Assembly: GCA_002269645.1 (NCBI GenBank) | Contig: NIVC01003438.1 | Location: 33,616 to 97,615 of the forward strand | Reading direction: 5' to 3' | Length of the DNA stretch: 64,000 bases | Source of the DNA: Macrostomum lignano | Lineage: Eukaryota | Shown here: piece after piece, positions 60,640 to 64,000 of the stretch | How positions within the stretch are numbered: the first letter of the stretch is position 1 | Layout of the letters: every line of letters begins with the position of its first letter | The notes under the pieces: generated by a model | What the model saw: the letters and a program-made list of their open reading frames with translations, nothing else | Database searches by the model: none | Told to the model about the DNA's origin: nothing | Translations under genes and position numbers: made by a program

Positions 60640-60948
60640 TCAATAATGATTTATTAAACATGCCCTAATGGCCAGATGTGCAACCGACAGCTCAGCCGCA
60701 GCTATTGCGCGGCGCATCTGAAGGTTGCGTACGGCTGTTCAATCCAAGGACTGGGGGGGGGGGGTCGCCACACATACCCTCAATTACCCCAGCTAATGCT
60801 CGCACCCATTTTACAGCTGGGTGAACTGAAGCAATGCAGAGTTAGGTGTCTTGCTCAATGACACAAATTGTTCCGAGTGGGATCAGGAATCGAACCCCCG
60901 ACCTTCAGCCGTGAGTCCGACGCTGTAACCACTAGGCTACAACCCCAC
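60640..60948 (-). mobile_element. tRNA-derived CORE-type SINE, apparently full length
   Basis: tRNA-like head TAGCCTAGTGG...GGTTCGATTC, CORE-like TGTGTCATTGAGCAAGACACCTAAC...CAGCTGTAAAATGGG, and an AT-rich tail. Confidence 0.8.
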
Positions 60949-62019
60949 TCTTCAAATACACCAAACCGTTTAACTTCCACCTTTGCATAGCTCTGTGCCT
61001 GCTTGGAAATATTTCAAACAGGAAAAGGGGTCAGTTTATCCCCTAGACAAAGAATTCTGGAGCAATGCTGAGCTCTGCTCTTTCAAACAAGATCGGTGCT
61101 TTTTCGTTTTGGAAGACATCAAATGCAGTACAGAATTTCAGCTATTCAGGCTGACCGCATCTGCACAAACTCTGCCACTTTGCTTAACAAAAATGCTGCA
61201 TGAGCTGCTCTAAAACTGAGCCGTCTTTCAGAACAGAAAAAATATTTTTGCCACTAAATATAGAAACTGAAACACGCAGTGCAGAATGCTGCTTATAGAG
61301 GGGCATGGCAGCTGCGCACACTGCAGCAGCTCCAGATTCGAGTTTAAAGACAGACAATTGCATGCAGAAGAGAGTTAAATGAAGGGGCTGAAACACACGG
61401 GGGAGGTGCAGTGGAGGTGTAGAAGATAAAATTCGAATAGGAAAGAGTGGAGAAGAGGAGGAAGACTGAATGGCCTTGTTTTTGAAATGGAAAAATAATT
61501 CACTGATAAATTTAGAAACCGAAACACAGAGCGTCTGTAGGGGTGAGTTGAGGGTGAAAATAGACGATTGGTACAGACGGCTGTAATAAATATATAAAAT
61601 TGTCAAATCTTTACTTCACCTTCACCTTTAATTTACTTCAAATCCAGATAGAATGTCCAGATAAAATAGCCAGATAGAAGACTCTAAAATGAGGGCGCCA
61701 AAATGAGTGACTGAGGCGCAAAAACTAAATATTGACAAGCTCAATTTACAAAAATATGGGTAATTTTTTGCTTCGAACTGTTGGATTTGCATCGCCTCCG
61801 CCAAAAAATTCATGGCAACTTCCCTGCCGATGTTTTACGAGCGTACTGTTGGTATGAAGATTCTTATCAAAGATGACTTATTAAAGTCATCACTTCTTCA
61901 TTGCAGAAGACATTTTGAAAGAGGAGAGGATTCGGATTATGATTTTCATACTCTAGTCTAATATTCCTTCTGCTCAAGAAATTTTAGGCTGTCATAGTAA
62001 ATCAATAATAGTTGATTAC

Positions 62020-62156
62020 ATTTTACAGCTGGGTGAACTGAAGCAATGCAGAGTTGAGTATCTTGCTCAAGGAAACAAATTGTTCCAGTGAGATTGGGAC
62101 TCAAACCCTCGACCTTAAAGTCGTGAGTGTGACGCTCTAACAACTAGGCTAAAACC
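62020..62156 (-). mobile_element. Second, 3'-truncated copy of the CORE-type SINE
   Basis: Aligns by eye to 60790-60945. Confidence 0.75.
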
Positions 62157-64000
62157 TCATTAAATACACCAAACCGTTTAACTTTCACCTTTGCATAGCT
62201 CCGTGCCAGTTTGGAAACATTTCAAACAGGAAAAGGGGTCAGTTTATCCCCTAGAGAAAGAATTCTGGAGCAATGCTGAGCTCTGTTCTTTCAATCAAAT
62301 GCAGTACAGAATTTCAGCTATTCAGGCTGACCGCATCTGCACAAACTCTGCCACTTTGCTTAACAAAATATGCTGCATGAGCTGCTTTAAAACTTCAGAA
62401 CAGAAAATATATATTTGTCTGAATGGCCTTGTTTTCGAAATTGAAAAATAATTCTGTGATAAATCTAGAAACCGAAACACAGAGCGTCTGTAGGGGTGAG
62501 TTGCAGGTTGAGGTTTGAGGTTGCGGTGGAGGTGGGGGGAGAGAAAACTCCAGATAGAATGAGTCGAAAAGACGAGGGAGGCTGAATGGCCTTGTTTTCG
62601 AAACTGAAAAATAATTCACTGATAAATTTAGAAACCGAAACACAGAGCGTCTGTAGGGGTGAGTTGGGGGTGAAAATGGACGATTGGGCATAAACAGAAG
62701 GCATTAAAATTATTTAAATTCCCAAGTATTTACCACACTACTTATAGTATTAGTCGCAGTTCATTATTGATCAAATTTTGTAATTTTGTTTAACCTCTGA
62801 CTTGAAAAACATTACCCTGCATCTTGATAGATTATACCGATACGAGCTAGAATATCCAGATAGATTATCTAATAGAAACACAATCGGCTAAGGACTTCGT
62901 CACTCTGTCCAAATTCGGTTGTAGCCATAGACATGGATAGTGCTCGGCCTTCTTAAGCCCTCGATCGGTGGTAGTCCGTCAGGCCTAGGAGCAAAGAAAT
63001 CAATCACTTATTGAATACTCTGGCCTCTCAATTCTATCAGATGGTCTGCCCTCGGGCAGCTGAGATGTGGGCAAGCAGAACAGCACAGACCCTGTGGCTA
63101 AGAGAAGACAGCAAGAGACAACCAGCAGGGAGACTTTTAAAGGTAGAGATTAGCTAATCCGGAGATTTGGCTAACCCATGCCGCCACCAAACTGGCTCTA
63201 GAACTAATTTGCAAACTACAGCTGTTATAAGTGACACTGCTGGGACTGGATCGCTGTCCAATCTAAAGATTTAAGGGTCGCTAGCAAGTCTCTCTACACC
63301 GCTCAGTGTACTATTACATTATTGACTTCCCGTGAAAGTACATCTACATGCATTTTGACGCTTCTCCACGACTCTAGAGAACGCATAGCGCTGAATGGGG
63401 TTTTGCAATAGACAATTTTGACTGAAGAAAATCCGACTCGTGCGTTCTTAGATGACCTATCCCTCGACACATCCATCAGATGCCATCACCCACATAGTCT
63501 GCCCGAGATAGACCTCTTACACCAGTGGAGCTTCCTACTTCTGACTACGCTGGAGCACTCAGAGAGAGCAGCGCATCCAGTTAATGCAGACAAAATCCGT
63601 GCTCATTTCTAACTGAGTAGTTTCATTCTCCTCTCCGTATTTCACGCACTCATGGTTCGAGCCCTTTTGGAAATATCTCAAACAGGAGAATTCTATAGGC
63701 TTGCCAACATGAGAATTTGTGTCCTAAAACTATTTTACATGGCCCAGAGCAATGCCCATCTATTTTGGAAAGCGCTGTAGATTAAAACACAATGGATGAG
63801 CCAGTGCTTTTTCAAGGCCGAAAGAGCCTGTATATGCAATGCACAGTCTCTCTGCAAAACTCTGCCCTCACTTTTGTTCAACAATGGCATTAGAAATAGG
63901 CGAACTGAGCAAATGCTGGGGCAGCTGCATGGCTGAGTAATGAATTCAGGGTGCTCAAAACTCCACTCAGTTGTACGGGTGGCCAATTCGTATGGGCCCG

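Noticed and set aside
60880-60948. tRNA gene call
   Set aside because: The stems are degenerate and it is directly followed by a CORE domain, so it is a SINE head rather than a tRNA gene.

Overview
Eukaryotic, repeat-rich invertebrate genomic DNA with GT-AG introns. The style resembles a free-living flatworm such as Macrostomum, but that is inference. The + strand carries the 3' five exons of a transmembrane Sema-PSI semaphorin (6866-11364). The - strand carries a cluster of predicted immune/cell-death genes that is only visible once the ORF-track fragments are spliced together. Three paralogs encode a multi-exon ankyrin-ankyrin-caspase fusion. Copy A (20484-14507) is an open 745-aa frame whose catalytic QACRG is changed to QAGRG. 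Copy B (49302-35961) has lost its caspase exons. Copy C (59055-54264) keeps QACRG but has an in-frame TAG and a 1-nt-short exon. Between B and A lies an ankyrin-array/cGAS-like (Mab-21) nucleotidyltransferase gene (about 33532-24979) with an intact-ORF piggyBac in an intron. Also present: a 10.6-kb head-to-tail array of non-autonomous Helitrons, a hAT-type MITE with an 8-bp TSD, a Tc1/IS630 remnant, an RTE LINE fragment, CORE-SINEs, a gag remnant and about 20 tandem repeats. All gene models were spliced by hand and have no expression support.
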